Source of the DNA: Candidatus Limnocylindrales bacterium
GTDB lineage: Bacteria > Chloroflexota > Limnocylindria > Limnocylindrales > CSP1-4
NCBI GenBank assembly: GCA_036002525.1
Contig: DASYTG010000059.1
Coordinates: 6,071 to 70,070, forward strand
Direction: 5' to 3'
Length of the DNA stretch: 64,000 nucleotides
Both the position numbers and the translations under genes were made by a program. The notes below the pieces were generated by a model. It made no database searches and had not been told where the DNA came from. It saw only the letters and a program-made list of their open reading frames with translations. Positions 8,995 through 18,115 of the stretch are shown here, one piece after another. Every line of letters begins with the position of its first letter. The first letter of the stretch is position 1.

Positions 8995-10029
8995 ATGTCA
9001 AGTAGCGATATCGAGCCAGTACCGTCGGCCTCCGGCCGCGAGCTGGACGTCGAGCGGGACTCGGACGTCCCGATCTCCACGCAGATCTACTGGCAGCTCG
9101 CCTACCAGATCGATTCGGGCCGGCTGCTGCCCGGCTCCCGCCTCTCCCCGGTGAGGGAGCTGGGTGCCGCACTCCGAGTGAACCCCAACACGATCCGGGC
9201 CGTCTATCGACGTTTGGCCGATGCTGGCTACGTCATCAGCCGGCATGGCGCGGGGACCCACGTCGCCGACCGGCCGCCCCAGCGGCGCGGCGCGGAGGCG
9301 CTCGCCGGGCTCGTGGCGGAGATGCTCCGCCGAGCGGCGCAGGCCGGGTTCACGGCCGACGAGGTCGCGTCCGCGACGTTCGCCGCCGCGACGGAGCGGA
9401 AGCGACCGGGGCCGCTGGTTCGGGTTCTCTTCGCCGAATGCACGACCGCCGACGCGGGCTACGACGCGGAGCGACTGAACGACGCGTTCGCGGGCTCGAT
9501 CGAAGCCGAAGGCACGCTCCTCGACGAGCTGCCCGATCGACTCGATCGTTTCCACTACGACCTCGTCGCGACGACGACGTTCCACGCGGACGAGGCCCAG
9601 GCGCTCGTCCACGGGCGTGTTCCGGTAGTCGCGATGCTCGTCGGTCCCGGCTACGTCGAGCTCGTCCACGAGATCGCCGGCCTGCCGGCGGGATCCCGGG
9701 TCGGGCTCGTCTGCGCGTCGGAGCGGGGGACGGACAACATCGCCGAAACGCTGGCCCTGTCGGGCGCGGAGGGGATCCAGGTCGTGTCCGCGACGATCGA
9801 TGCCGACGACGACCTCGCCATCGTGGACCGGACCGCGGACATCATCCTCATGTCGCGCGAGGCACTGGCCGTCGGGCTCGACCGGAAGCTGAGCCGGCCG
9901 GAGCGGATCCGGCCATGGACGTACGAGTTCGATCCGTCCGGGCTCGAGCTCCTGCGTCGGGCGATCGAGCATGCCATCGCGACGCGGGCGGCCGAGGCAG
10001 ACAAACAGGCGACCGTCGCCCCCGCGTGA
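8995..10029 (+). CDS. GntR-family transcriptional regulator with a large C-terminal ligand-binding-like domain
   Basis: Winged HTH motif LPGSRLSPVRELGAALRVNPNTIRAVYRRLADAGYVISRHGAGTHV. ATG 8995 is preferred over TTG 8980. Confidence 0.8.
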   Translation: MSSSDIEPVPSASGRELDVERDSDVPISTQIYWQLAYQIDSGRLLPGSRLSPVRELGAALRVNPNTIRAVYRRLADAGYVISRHGAGTHVADRPPQRRGAEALAGLVAEMLRRAAQAGFTADEVASATFAAATERKRPGPLVRVLFAECTTADAGYDAERLNDAFAGSIEAEGTLLDELPDRLDRFHYDLVATTTFHADEAQALVHGRVPVVAMLVGPGYVELVHEIAGLPAGSRVGLVCASERGTDNIAETLALSGAEGIQVVSATIDADDDLAIVDRTADIILMSREALAVGLDRKLSRPERIRPWTYEFDPSGLELLRRAIEHAIATRAAEADKQATVAPA

Positions 10030-10041
10030 CATCCTTCCCCC

Positions 10042-13000
10042 GTGAGACAGCTCCACGTCTCGCGGGAGGCACGCCAGCGGTACGGCCTCGGCGAGGCGCT
10101 GTTCGGACTTCGCGGCAGCGTGCTCGTCGCGGACCTCGCCCGGGCCCGTCAGCTCGCCGCCCGGATGAACCGGGCGCGGGCCCTCGGTGACGCTCCCGGC
10201 ACGCCGACGATCGCGGCCGGGGAGCTGGGCGCACTCGGGATCCTCCACGAGATCTTCCACCACGTCGTCCGCCGCTACGACGAGCGGCTGAGTCCGGGTG
10301 CGCTCCGCGACGCGGTCACGGAGCTGGAGGAAGAGCTGGGCGGCCGGCGGCTGGCCCGCGTCCTTGCCCGGTTCGCGGCCGAGTTCCCCGACGGAGCCGC
10401 GCCCGTCCCGGCCCACGACGAACCGCCGCCGGGCGAGCCGAAGCCGGGCGAGCCGAAGCCCGTCCCCGGCAGCCCCGAGGCGCGCGCCCAGGAGCTCGAG
10501 GAGCTGCTCCTCCTGGCCCTGACCAACGGCAACCCGGCCGCGGAGCCGCTCCGCGAGCTGTTCGACGACGCTCCGCTCGCGGCCGCGACGGACTACCCCC
10601 TCGTCATCTCCCGCCTCGAAGAGCTCCTCGACAGCGGCCCGCCGCTGCCAGGGGGCGAATCGCTCGTGTCGATGCTCCGTGCGCCGGCGCTCGCCTCGCC
10701 GACGTCGCTCGCCGGCCAGCTCCGCTACATCCGGCAGCGGTGGGCAGGCCTCCTTGCCGAGCTGGGGCTGCTCGACAAGCTGCTCCTGAGCCTCGACGTC
10801 CTCGCCGAGGAGGAGCGTGCGCTCCACCTCCGGTTCGGGGGCGGGGGTGCCGGGATCGCGGAGGCGCCGTCATTCACCGGCCTGGACGCGGAGCCCGAGC
10901 GATTCAGCTCCGACTCGGACTGGATGCCGCGCGTGGTGATGATCGCGAAGAGCACGTACGTCTGGCTCGATCAGCTGTCGCGCCGCCACGGCCGAGACAT
11001 CCGGACGCTCGACGCGATCCCCGACGAGGAGCTCGATCGGCTCGCCCGGTGGGGCGTCACGGCGCTGTGGCTCATCGGCCTGTGGGAGCGCTCGAAGGCG
11101 TCGCAGCGGATCAAGCAGCTGCGGGGCAACCCGGACGCGGTCGCATCGGCGTACTCGCTCGACGACTACCGGATCGCCGACGACCTCGGGGGCGAGGCCG
11201 CGTTCTCGCGGCTCCGCGATCGCGCGTGGGCGCGCGGCATCCGGATCGCGAGCGACATGGTCCCGAACCACATGGGCATCGATTCACGCTGGGTCGTCGA
11301 GAACCCGGACTGGTTCCTGTCGCTGCCGGAGCCGCCCTATCCGGCGTACAGCTTCAATGGCCCTGACCTGTCCTCCGACGAGCGGGTCGGGATCTTCCTC
11401 GAGGACCACTACTACGACTCGTCCGACGCGGCGGTCGTCTTCAGGCGGCTCGACCGGTGGAGCGGCGAGAACCGGTACCTCTATCACGGCAACGACGGGA
11501 CGAGCTTTCCGTGGAACGACACGGCCCAGCTCGACTATCTCAAGGCGGAGGTCCGCGAGGCCGTCATCAGGACGATTCTCGGCGTTGCCCGGCGCTCGCC
11601 GATCATCCGGTTCGACGCGGCGATGGTCCTCGCGAAGAAGCACGTTCGCCGCCTCTGGTATCCCGAGCCGGGCGAGGGCGGCGCGATCCCTTCGCGCGCC
11701 GAGCACGCGCTGCCGCGGGCCGCCTTCGACGCCGCGATGGCGAAGGAGTTCTGGCGCGAGGTCGTCGACCGGGTCGCCGTCGAGGTCCCCGACACGCTCC
11801 TCCTCGCCGAGGCTTTCTGGCTGATGGAGGGCTACTTCGTCCGGACGCTCGGGATGCATCGGGTCTACAACAGCGCCTTCATGCACATGCTTCGCGACGA
11901 GGACAACGCGGGCTACCGGCGGGTCATGAAGGAAACCCTCGAGTTCGATCCGGAGATCCTCAAGCGCTACGTGAACTTCATGAGCAACCCGGACGAGAGG
12001 ACCGCGATCGACCAGTTCGGCAAGGACGACAAGTACTTCGGCGTGGCGACGCTGCTCGCGACGCTGCCCGGCCTGCCGATGCTCGGCCACGGCCAGGTCG
12101 AGGGGTTCGGCGAGAAGTACGGGATGGAGTTCCGGCGGGCGTTCCTCGACGAGCAGCCCGACCCGTGGCTCGTGGAGCGGCACGAGCGGGAGATCTTCCC
12201 GCTGTTCCACCGCCGCGGGTGGTTCGCCGGCGCCGAGGATTTCACGCTGTACGACTTCGTCCGCGGCGACGGATCGGTCGACGAGAACGTGTTCGCCTAC
12301 TCGAACGGCCGGGGACCGACGCGCTCCCTCGTCGTCTACCACAACCGGTTCGCCTCGACCGCGGGCTGGATCCGCGAGTCCGCGGCGTTCGCGGTGAAGG
12401 CGGCCGACGGGGGGAAGTCTCTTCACCGCCGGACAGTCGGCGAGGCGCTCGGCCTGGGCGGGGCCGCGGACGACGTGTTCCTCGCGTTCCGCGACGCGCG
12501 AAACGGCCTCGAGTATCTCCGGGCCGCGGGCGAGGTGCGGGACCACGGCCTGTGGGTCCAGCTCGACGCTTACCAGGGACACGTGTTCTGGGAGCTTCGC
12601 GAGATCCGCGACGTCGCCGGGCTCTGGCGCCGGCTCGCCGAGCACCTCGGTGGTCGCGGGGTGCCGAGCCTCGAGGACGCGCTCCTCGAGCTCGAGCTCG
12701 AGCCGGTCCATGCCGCGGTCCGGACCGTGCTCGCCGCTCCGGCGTTCCGCGACCTCGTGCTGCAGGGCACAGAGGCCGATCCCGACACCCTCGACGGTCC
12801 GCTCCGCGGGATGATCGAGGCAGTGCGCGTGGCGACCGGGACGGTGGGCGGAACAGACGTCGTCGTCGCCGTCGCGCGGACCCGGCTCGCGGCCATCGAA
12901 GTCGCCGCGGGCGCGGCCGCTGCCTCGCGGGACCGCCGCCGCGCCTACGATCCGGTCGGCGGCGCGTTTGTCGACCCGTGGCACCGGGCGGTGCTGGCCG

Positions 13001-13554
13001 GCTGGTCGATGTTCGAGCCGCTCGGCCGGCTCGCCCCGGAGGCGATGACCGGCCCGACGAGCCGGGCGTGGTTCGATGAGCTGCGCCTCGCGCCGGTCGT
13101 GGCCGGCGCGTTGTCGGCGACCGCCCTGGAGAACGCCGAGGCCGGTGCCGCGGCCGCCCGGGTCCGGGCCCTCCTCGCCGTGCCGCGTCCGTCGAACGTG
13201 GGTGGCCGAACGGCCCCGGAGCGGGCCCGCCGTCTCGTGGAGGCCTGGCTCGCCCACCCGGACGTCCGCCCGCTGCTCCGTGTGAACGCCTGGGAGGGCG
13301 TCGAGTGGTTCGGTCGCGAGGAGTGGCGCGAGCTGCTCGACTGGACGCTGCTCCTCGACCGGATAGACGGCGCCCCCGACGCCTGGCCGGTCGTCAAGCG
13401 CCTCCTCGACGCGGCCGATGCCGCGGGCTACCGCGTAGATCGCCTCCGCGACCTCGTCGCGCCGGCGAAACGGGCGCCGGCGAAGCGAGCGCCGGCGAAG
13501 CGGGCGCCCGCGCGGCCGAAGGCACGACCCAAGGCGGCCGCGCCCGGCTGCTAG
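10042..13554 (+). CDS. 1170-aa GH13 (alpha-amylase superfamily) multidomain protein
   Basis: GH13 regions are visible: SDMVPNHMG (I), IIRFDAAMVLAKKH (II), LLAEAFW (III), FMSNPDE (IV, atypical). About 300 aa at the N-terminus and 350 aa at the C-terminus have no motif I recognise. The C-terminus is an AKRAP-repeat tail. Confidence 0.75.
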   Translation: MRQLHVSREARQRYGLGEALFGLRGSVLVADLARARQLAARMNRARALGDAPGTPTIAAGELGALGILHEIFHHVVRRYDERLSPGALRDAVTELEEELGGRRLARVLARFAAEFPDGAAPVPAHDEPPPGEPKPGEPKPVPGSPEARAQELEELLLLALTNGNPAAEPLRELFDDAPLAAATDYPLVISRLEELLDSGPPLPGGESLVSMLRAPALASPTSLAGQLRYIRQRWAGLLAELGLLDKLLLSLDVLAEEERALHLRFGGGGAGIAEAPSFTGLDAEPERFSSDSDWMPRVVMIAKSTYVWLDQLSRRHGRDIRTLDAIPDEELDRLARWGVTALWLIGLWERSKASQRIKQLRGNPDAVASAYSLDDYRIADDLGGEAAFSRLRDRAWARGIRIASDMVPNHMGIDSRWVVENPDWFLSLPEPPYPAYSFNGPDLSSDERVGIFLEDHYYDSSDAAVVFRRLDRWSGENRYLYHGNDGTSFPWNDTAQLDYLKAEVREAVIRTILGVARRSPIIRFDAAMVLAKKHVRRLWYPEPGEGGAIPSRAEHALPRAAFDAAMAKEFWREVVDRVAVEVPDTLLLAEAFWLMEGYFVRTLGMHRVYNSAFMHMLRDEDNAGYRRVMKETLEFDPEILKRYVNFMSNPDERTAIDQFGKDDKYFGVATLLATLPGLPMLGHGQVEGFGEKYGMEFRRAFLDEQPDPWLVERHEREIFPLFHRRGWFAGAEDFTLYDFVRGDGSVDENVFAYSNGRGPTRSLVVYHNRFASTAGWIRESAAFAVKAADGGKSLHRRTVGEALGLGGAADDVFLAFRDARNGLEYLRAAGEVRDHGLWVQLDAYQGHVFWELREIRDVAGLWRRLAEHLGGRGVPSLEDALLELELEPVHAAVRTVLAAPAFRDLVLQGTEADPDTLDGPLRGMIEAVRVATGTVGGTDVVVAVARTRLAAIEVAAGAAAASRDRRRAYDPVGGAFVDPWHRAVLAGWSMFEPLGRLAPEAMTGPTSRAWFDELRLAPVVAGALSATALENAEAGAAAARVRALLAVPRPSNVGGRTAPERARRLVEAWLAHPDVRPLLRVNAWEGVEWFGREEWRELLDWTLLLDRIDGAPDAWPVVKRLLDAADAAGYRVDRLRDLVAPAKRAPAKRAPAKRAPARPKARPKAAAPGC
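10432..10461 (+). repeat. 15-nt x2 in-frame tandem repeat (GEPKP GEPKP)
   Basis: ggcgagccgaagccg ggcgagccgaagccc, inside the N-terminal region of the GH13 gene. Confidence 0.8.
13459..13551 (+). repeat. in-frame 15-nt tandem repeats encoding a basic (AKRAP)n/(ARPK)n tail
   Basis: Translates as APAKRAPAKRAPAKRAPARPKARPKAAAPGC at the C-terminus of the GH13 protein. Confidence 0.85.
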
Positions 13555-15308
13555 TCGAGCAGGATCCGCCGGAGGAGCGACGTCGGCGGCGAGCCGTGCG
13601 AGATGCACGCCTCGAGGTGGGGCCGGTAGTCGAAGCCCGGCGTCTCGCCGAGCCCGCCGACGACGCGCGGCTCGGGAACCGCGGCCGCTCCCCGCGGATC
13701 GCCGGACGCCGCGGCTGCCCGGCGGCGCACCTCGCGCTCGATCGTGTGGAACTCCAGCGACCCGACGAAGTACGTCGAGAGCTGGGTCGACGTCAGCCGC
13801 GCCCGGTTGTACTTCGTCCGGGCCTCGGCTTCCTCCTGGAACGCGCCGTCGACCATCAGGCGAACGGCTTCGTCCTCGGTCATCCCGGCGGTGTGGATCC
13901 GGGCGTCGATGATCGCGTTCGTGGCCGCCCGGAGGTAGTACTTCCAATGGGTGAGCAGCAGGCCGGGGTCGTCGGCGCCGTAACCGAGGTCGAGCATGAC
14001 CTGCGTCACGTAGACGGCCCAGCCCTCGGCGAACAGGCCGCTCCACAGCACCGACCGGGCGAGCGACGACGACCGGTTCGCGTACACGCCCTGGAGGTAG
14101 TGACCGGGAACCGCCTCGTGGATCGTGAGCACGCGTAGCTGTCGCGCGTTCATCTCGCGCAGGTACGACTCGGCCTCGTCGGGCGACCACTCCTCGGGGA
14201 TCGGGGTGATCGAGAAGAAGCTCTTCTGGCCCTTGTCGAGCGGGCCGGGGGCGTCGAGCATCGCGCCTCCGAACGACCGCATGAAGACCGGCGTCCAGCG
14301 GATGTCGAGCGGCTCGTCGGCCAGCCCGATGACGTTCCGCTCGCGACAGAACGCCTCGATCCGGCCGAGCTCCGCGCGGCAGAAGTCGAGGAGCTCGTCG
14401 GCCGGTGGGTGCTGGCGGGCGATCTCGTCGAGGACCGCCCGAACGAGTGCTCCCTCGTCGTCCGGCATCGGCCGGTCGCCGCACCACGTCGCCCAGCTCT
14501 CCCTCGCGAGGCGGACCATCTCGCCGCGAACGGCATCGAACTCGCGCTCGGCGGCGGCAAGGATCCGCTCCGGGGTGAGCTCCTCGCTCCGCATCGTGTG
14601 GCGCATCTTCCGGGCGAACATCTCGGCGCCGAGCCGGCCCTCCCCCTCGCTCGCCGGGAGAACGGTGTCGCGGAGGTGCGCCTCGAACGACGACAGCGAC
14701 TCCTTCGCGGTCGCGGCTGCGGACCGGACGCGGTCGGCAATCGCGGCGACGTCCGGGTCGGATGCGCTCTCGTCCGAGGCCCTGACCGCGTCGTCGGCCA
14801 GCTCGACGATCCCCGGCAGCTGCTTGAGCGCTGTCTCGGTGTGGAGCCGCGACACGGGCCGGGCCGCGTCGCCCGCGAGGGCCTCTCGCGCGCCGTCGAG
14901 GACCGCCGGTATGCCCTCGAGCCGGGCGGCGGACGAGGCAAGGCGCGTCGCGAGCGGGGCGAACTCCCGGGCGAGGAGCGGAAAGAGTCCGCCACCGAGC
15001 AGGTAGACCCACTCAAGCGGGTCCCACCGATCCTCCCGCAGCTCCATGTCCCCGAATCGCATCGACTCGAGCTCGAGGCGGATGACGTCGAGATCGATCC
15101 GCTCGTCGCGTTCGAGCGCCTCCTCGTCGAGCCGGTCGAGCTCCACGAGCCAGCGGTCGACGAACGCGAGGCGCTCCTGTCGGCCGGTCTCGGTGACGTC
15201 CGGCCAGCGGCCGTCGTGGTCGTGCATGCCCGCCTCGGTTGCGCGGAGCGGGTCGAGCGCGAACAACTCGGCGAAGAAGGCATCGACGTGTGCGGCGAAG
15301 TCGGGCAC
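13551..15308 (-). CDS. DUF885-family protein (putative metallopeptidase-like)
   Basis: Carries the HEAVPGHYLQ motif and overall DUF885-like sequence. Start set at GTG 15308, with GGAG 7 nt upstream, rather than at the upstream ATGs 15398/15413 that would overlap the divergent GNAT start. Confidence 0.75.
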   Translation of the reverse strand: MPDFAAHVDAFFAELFALDPLRATEAGMHDHDGRWPDVTETGRQERLAFVDRWLVELDRLDEEALERDERIDLDVIRLELESMRFGDMELREDRWDPLEWVYLLGGGLFPLLAREFAPLATRLASSAARLEGIPAVLDGAREALAGDAARPVSRLHTETALKQLPGIVELADDAVRASDESASDPDVAAIADRVRSAAATAKESLSSFEAHLRDTVLPASEGEGRLGAEMFARKMRHTMRSEELTPERILAAAEREFDAVRGEMVRLARESWATWCGDRPMPDDEGALVRAVLDEIARQHPPADELLDFCRAELGRIEAFCRERNVIGLADEPLDIRWTPVFMRSFGGAMLDAPGPLDKGQKSFFSITPIPEEWSPDEAESYLREMNARQLRVLTIHEAVPGHYLQGVYANRSSSLARSVLWSGLFAEGWAVYVTQVMLDLGYGADDPGLLLTHWKYYLRAATNAIIDARIHTAGMTEDEAVRLMVDGAFQEEAEARTKYNRARLTSTQLSTYFVGSLEFHTIEREVRRRAAAASGDPRGAAAVPEPRVVGGLGETPGFDYRPHLEACISHGSPPTSLLRRILLD

Positions 15309-15383
15309 GGAGAGGCTCCAGCTGCCGGCGGGGAACGGAGCGAGTCTAGCGGCTGCGGGCGGACGGTCGGCGATGGGATCGCC

Positions 15384-15389
15384 TAGGAT
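15384..15389 (+). promoter_or_regulatory. candidate -10 (TAGGAT) for a leaderless GNAT transcript
   Basis: A TAnnnT hexamer lies 7 nt upstream of ATG 15397. No SD is present. Confidence 0.25.
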
Positions 15390-15396
15390 CGCCGCC

Positions 15397-16020
15397 ATGT
15401 CCGCCGGCGCCATCCCGTTTCCGCTCGAGCCCGTCACGCTCGAGGGCCGGCTCGTCCGCCTCGAGCCGCTCTCGCGCGACCACCTCGACGGCCTCGCCGC
15501 GGTTGCCTTCGACCCGGCGTTGTGGCGATGGACCCTCGCCGGCGCCGTCGATCGCGAGCGGCTCGAGGCATGGCTGGACACCGCGGTGGCGAACCAGGCC
15601 GCCGGCTCGGAGCTGCCGTTCGCGACCATCGAGCGCGCCTCCGGACGACCGATCGGGAGCAGCCGCTACCTCAGCATCGTGCCGGAGCACCGCCGGCTGG
15701 AGATCGGCTGGACGTGGGTCGCCCGCGCCTGGCAGCGGAGTGGTGTGAACCGCGAGGCGAAGCTGCTGATGCTCGAGCACGCCTTCGAGCGGATCGGCTG
15801 CCAGCGGGTCGAGTTCAAGACGAACGCCCTCAACGAGCAATCGCGGGCAGCGCTCCTCGGAATCGGGGCGTCGTTCGAGGGGATCTTCCGGAAGCACATG
15901 CTGGGGCGAGACGGAGAAGTCCGCGACTCGGCGTACTTCAGCATCACCGACGACGAGTGGCCCGCGGTCAAGGCCCGCCTCGCCGCGTCGGTCGAGGCGG
16001 CCGTCGCGGCTCGCACCTGA
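15397..16020 (+). CDS. GNAT-family N-acetyltransferase (RimJ/RimL-like)
   Basis: PVTLEGRLVRLEPL start region and a RLEIGWTWVARAWQRSGVNREAKLLMLEHAF acetyl-CoA-binding-type core. Confidence 0.8.
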   Translation: MSAGAIPFPLEPVTLEGRLVRLEPLSRDHLDGLAAVAFDPALWRWTLAGAVDRERLEAWLDTAVANQAAGSELPFATIERASGRPIGSSRYLSIVPEHRRLEIGWTWVARAWQRSGVNREAKLLMLEHAFERIGCQRVEFKTNALNEQSRAALLGIGASFEGIFRKHMLGRDGEVRDSAYFSITDDEWPAVKARLAASVEAAVAART

Positions 16021-16022
16021 CG

Positions 16023-17705
16023 ATGGATGCCGATCTCCTGATCGTCGGCGGTCGCGTCTTCCGCGGATTCGGTCCGGGCGAGACCGCCTCCAACGGATCG
16101 GAACAGGGTGCGCGACCGGCGGACGCACCGACGGCCGTCGCCGTCGTCGACGACCGGATCGCCTGGGTCGGCTCGGACCAGGACGCGCTCGCCGACTGGC
16201 GCGGGCCGGAGACACAGGTCGTGGAGGCGCGCGGCGGGCTCGTCATGGCGGGCTTCGAGGACGCCCACATCCACCTGCTGAGCGGTGCCCGCGGCCTCGA
16301 CGAGGTCGACCTGTTCGGGGCCGGCGACGTCGCGACGATCCAGGACCGCATCCGGGCCCACGGCGCGGCCCACCCCGAGGCGGAGTGGGTCATGGGCCAT
16401 GGATGGCTGTACGTGCCGTTCCCCGGCGGACTGCCGACACGCGAGCAGCTCGACGCCGCCGTCCCCGACCGGCCCGCGTGGATGACCTGCTACGACGGCC
16501 ACACGGGCTGGACGAACTCGCGCGGACTTGTCGCGGCCGGCATCGACCGGCACACGCCGGATCCGCCGGGCGGGATCATCGTTCGCGACCCGGCCACCGG
16601 CGAGCCGACCGGCGCGCTGAAGGAGGCCGCCGTGGAGCTCGTCGATCGCGTGCTCCCGCGCCCGGCGCTCGACGACGACCTGGCCGCCCTCCGCCGGACG
16701 ATCCGCGACCTCCACGCCGCCGGGATCACCGCGGTCCAGGAGGCCTGGTCGGAGCAGGACGATCTGCATGTCTGGCGACGCCTGCTGGCGGATCGCGACC
16801 TGGGAGTCCGCGTCCGCCTCGCATTTCAGATGACGCCGGACGTTTCGATCGAGCAATGGCGGCAGCGCCTCGACGAGTACGAGGCGGCCGCCCTGCCGCT
16901 CCGCGGCGGGCTGTGGCTCTCGGCCGGGATCCTCAAGGCATTCGCGGACGGCGTCATCGAGTCGCGGACGGCCGCGATGCTCAGGCCGTACGAGGGCGAC
17001 ACGTCGACCGGTCACTCGGACTGGACACCGGACGTCCTCGGCGCGTTCGTCGCGGAGGCCGATGCGCGCGACTGGCAGGTCGAGATCCACGCGATCGGCG
17101 ATCGCGCGGTGCGGATGACGCTCGACGCGTTCGAGCGGGCCGCGTGGGCCAGAGGGCCGCGGGCCCGCCGTCACCGCGTCGAGCACGTCGAGACGGCGGA
17201 CGCCGCCGACATCCCGCGCTTCGGACAGCTCGGCGTGATCGCGAGCATGCAGCCGTACCACGCCGACCCGTCGCCGAACCAGATCTCGCTGTGGGCCGGC
17301 AACATCGGGCCGGAACGAGCGTCACGGGCGTGGCCGTGGGCGTCGATCCTCCGTCACGGCGGGACCGTGGCGTTCGGGAGCGACTGGCCGGTCGTCCCGT
17401 TCAATCCGTTCATCGCCCTCAACTCGGCGGTGAACCGGCAGACCGTCGACGGCGAGCCGCCGGACGGCTGGCTGCCGTCGGAGCGATTGACCCTCCCCGA
17501 GGCCCTCTCGGCCTACACGCTCGGCTCCGCGCGCGCCGCCCGGGCCGACGGCCGGCGCGGCACCGTCGCGCCGGGTCTCGACGCCGACCTCGTCGTGCTC
17601 GATCGCGACCTCCTCGAGGCCGGCGCATCTGCCATCATCGGCACGCGCATCGGGCTGACCGTCGCCGGCGGTCGGATCGTCCACCGAATGGAGGACGCCT
17701 CGTGA
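16023..17705 (+). CDS. amidohydrolase-family protein (YtcJ-like metal-dependent hydrolase)
   Basis: MDADLLIVGGRVF...GFEDAHIHLL metal-binding HxH motif. The ATG lies 2 nt after the GNAT stop. Confidence 0.8.
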   Translation: MDADLLIVGGRVFRGFGPGETASNGSEQGARPADAPTAVAVVDDRIAWVGSDQDALADWRGPETQVVEARGGLVMAGFEDAHIHLLSGARGLDEVDLFGAGDVATIQDRIRAHGAAHPEAEWVMGHGWLYVPFPGGLPTREQLDAAVPDRPAWMTCYDGHTGWTNSRGLVAAGIDRHTPDPPGGIIVRDPATGEPTGALKEAAVELVDRVLPRPALDDDLAALRRTIRDLHAAGITAVQEAWSEQDDLHVWRRLLADRDLGVRVRLAFQMTPDVSIEQWRQRLDEYEAAALPLRGGLWLSAGILKAFADGVIESRTAAMLRPYEGDTSTGHSDWTPDVLGAFVAEADARDWQVEIHAIGDRAVRMTLDAFERAAWARGPRARRHRVEHVETADAADIPRFGQLGVIASMQPYHADPSPNQISLWAGNIGPERASRAWPWASILRHGGTVAFGSDWPVVPFNPFIALNSAVNRQTVDGEPPDGWLPSERLTLPEALSAYTLGSARAARADGRRGTVAPGLDADLVVLDRDLLEAGASAIIGTRIGLTVAGGRIVHRMEDAS

Positions 17706-18112
17706 TCGAACTCGTCGTCAAGATCCTCGTCAATGCGGCCGCGCTGTGGGTCGCGGTCCAGGTGCTGCCGCGGAACCTCCTGTCGTTCGACTACGGCAAC
17801 GACTGGTGGAAGCTGCTCGCGGTCGCCCTGATCTTCGCGCTCGTCAACAGCTACATCAGGCCGATCGTCAAGGCCCTCGCCTTCCCGATCACCATCATGA
17901 CCCTGGGGCTCGTGTCATTCATCATCAACGCCGCGCTGCTGCTGCTGGTCGCTGCCGTGTCCAGCCAGTTCGACCTCGGCTTCAAGGTCGGCCAGTTCCC
18001 GCCCGAGCTTCTCGCCTCGGACACGATCGTCGGCGCGATCATCGGCGCCGTGGTGATCAGCATCGTGTCGACGCTCGTGAACATCGCCCTCGCTCCGCGG
18101 CGGCTCCTCTAG
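17702..18112 (+). CDS. four-TM membrane protein, phage-holin-4_2/DUF360-like
   Basis: 136 aa. GTG overlaps the upstream TGA as GTGA. The pattern VNAAALWVA...LVNSYIRPIVKALAFPITIMTLGL is typical of the PF04020-type family. Confidence 0.65.
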   Translation: MIELVVKILVNAAALWVAVQVLPRNLLSFDYGNDWWKLLAVALIFALVNSYIRPIVKALAFPITIMTLGLVSFIINAALLLLVAAVSSQFDLGFKVGQFPPELLASDTIVGAIIGAVVISIVSTLVNIALAPRRLL

Positions 18113-18115
18113 CAG

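Noticed and set aside
11284-15012. Very long ORFs on the opposite strand or in alternative frames of real genes. Examples: 11284..15012 (1242 aa), 55852..58044 (730 aa), 44691..46646 (651 aa), 8998..10827 (609 aa), 2510..4084 (524 aa).
   Set aside because: Their translations are monotonous R/P/G/A-rich strings with no motifs. They overlap genes that carry clear family signatures, and one of them spans two unrelated genes. This is the expected artefact of stop-codon scarcity in very GC-rich DNA.
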